A DNA stretch of 64,000 nt, from positions 1 through 64,000 of IMG/VR virus record IMGVR_UViG_3300033120_000231. One strand, written 5' to 3'. Every line of letters begins with the position of its first letter. Positions within the stretch are counted from its first letter, which is position 1. This DNA comes from a virus (lineage: Duplodnaviria; Caudoviricetes). Below are positions 63,196 through 64,000 of the stretch, piece after piece. Under the pieces are notes generated by a model. That model was not told the origin of the DNA. It made no database searches and saw nothing but the letters and a program-made list of their open reading frames with translations. Both the position numbers and the translations under genes were made by a program.

Positions 63196-63224
63196 TTGTA
63201 ATTATTACAAAAGTATGATATAAT
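63196..63224 (+). promoter_or_regulatory. sigma70-like promoter for head genes
   Basis: TTGTAA-17-TATAAT with TG extension; shares AAAGTATG with 53523-53551. Confidence 0.75.
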
Positions 63225-63264
63225 TGATTTATCTGTTATCTAGAATACTAATAAGAAAGAAAAG

Positions 63265-63678
63265 ATGACGAACAAAACAAAAAGTGTTTCTGTAGCTAAG
63301 TCTTTAGATATCGAAAAGCGAAGAGCTACCTTTGTAGTTCTTGAGCCTCAAGATGAAGATGGAACTACTACTGATCTTCACGGAGATTGGTATTCTGAAG
63401 AAGATGTAGCTGAAGCGTGTTATTCATTCAATAAACACTGCAGGAAGGCTAATCTCTTACACCTGATTGATACTAGCGGATTTCAATTTATTGAATCATA
63501 CGTCCTGCCTAGTGAAGCAACTATCGGTGAAACTAAAGTCAAAAAAGGTACTTGGGTGACTACCATCGAAGTAGAAGATCAAAAACAGCACGATTGGATT
63601 TGGGAAGGCATCAAGGACGGTACGTTCAATGGTGTATCTGTTCAATGTGATGCATACGAATATCCAATGGGGGAATGA
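63265..63678 (+). CDS. XkdF-like prohead protease
   Basis: DLHGDWYS...NLLH...FIESY...KKGTWV...GTFNGVSV. Confidence 0.8.
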   Translation: MTNKTKSVSVAKSLDIEKRRATFVVLEPQDEDGTTTDLHGDWYSEEDVAEACYSFNKHCRKANLLHLIDTSGFQFIESYVLPSEATIGETKVKKGTWVTTIEVEDQKQHDWIWEGIKDGTFNGVSVQCDAYEYPMGE

Positions 63679-64000
63679 TGACGGAAAAACAAAAAGCAAA
63701 ACGCCAGCTTAAAGGCTTTGACTTTACTAAAGGTGACGCTCGATTGAGTTTGGTTGGCCCTTCAGTTGGAGGCCCGGCAAATGGGATTCCGATTCTTGTA
63801 GCTAAGGGGGCTAACTTCTCCCCTGAGTTTATTAAGAAGGCTCAAGAAGTTCAGATCACGATGGAATTACCGCAATTTCTGGAAAAATTCTTCTACATCT
63901 GGGGTGATGATGCTGAATTCTTGGCTGGTCTTATGGGCTGGGTTGAACCTCCTGAAGATGAAGTTCAAGAAGCTAAAGATGAATACATGAACTGGGTTGA
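63678..64000 (+). CDS. Head-associated (scaffold-like) protein, truncated by the window end
   Basis: MTEKQKAKRQLKGFDF...LSLVGPSVGGPANG; open to the end of the window. Confidence 0.65.
   Translation, partial: MTEKQKAKRQLKGFDFTKGDARLSLVGPSVGGPANGIPILVAKGANFSPEFIKKAQEVQITMELPQFLEKFFYIWGDDAEFLAGLMGWVEPPEDEVQEAKDEYMNWV

Noticed and set aside
1-64000. CRISPR array, rRNA or IS transposase
   Set aside because: No regularly spaced direct repeats with unique spacers, no rRNA-like tracts and no DDE, Y1 or serine transposase motifs were seen.
1-64000. Many antisense or overlapping ORFs in the track (e.g. 4531, 4996, 15040, 18588, 26177, 30541, 51898, 60381)
   Set aside because: They lie opposite or inside well-supported genes, lack an RBS and show no motifs; they are shadow ORFs.

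Overview
The window is about 64 kb of a lytic tailed dsDNA phage genome (Caudoviricetes). A nested two-component spanin points to a Gram-negative host. Layout: (1) 0.4-2.0 kb (+): lysis cassette with a holin-like gene, SAR-type lysozyme and Rz/Rz1. (2) 2.2-34.5 kb (-): replication and nucleotide-metabolism arm with Rnl1-type RNA ligase, class II RNR carrying a Gln-ending LAGLIDADG intein, ThyX, MazG-like NTPase, metallophosphoesterase, Dam-type MTase, endonuclease VII, exonuclease, SSB, nucleotidyltransferase, family A DNA polymerase, primase-helicase with an intein in its TOPRIM motif, HU, dCMP-deaminase-like gene, two CX5R phosphatases and tRNA-Arg. (3) Back-to-back sigma70 promoters at 34.55-34.62 kb, then a ~300-nt structured ORF-free leader and an HNH nuclease. 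(4) 35.7-48.8 kb (+): dense small accessory/early genes, with a possible genome end near 45.3-45.7 kb. (5) 49.5-53.8 kb (-): two more DNA MTases, an iteron-like locus, HTH and GIY-YIG genes and a helicase stub. (6) 54-64 kb (+): PhoH, ClpP-like protease, tRNA-Glu and tRNA-Tyr flanked by two candidate structured RNAs, terminase, portal and head genes. There are about 8 free-standing endonuclease genes, several families of dispersed hairpin repeats, and several accessory genes broken at G-runs. No CRISPR array, rRNA or IS was seen. All annotation is by eye from motifs; no database search was run.
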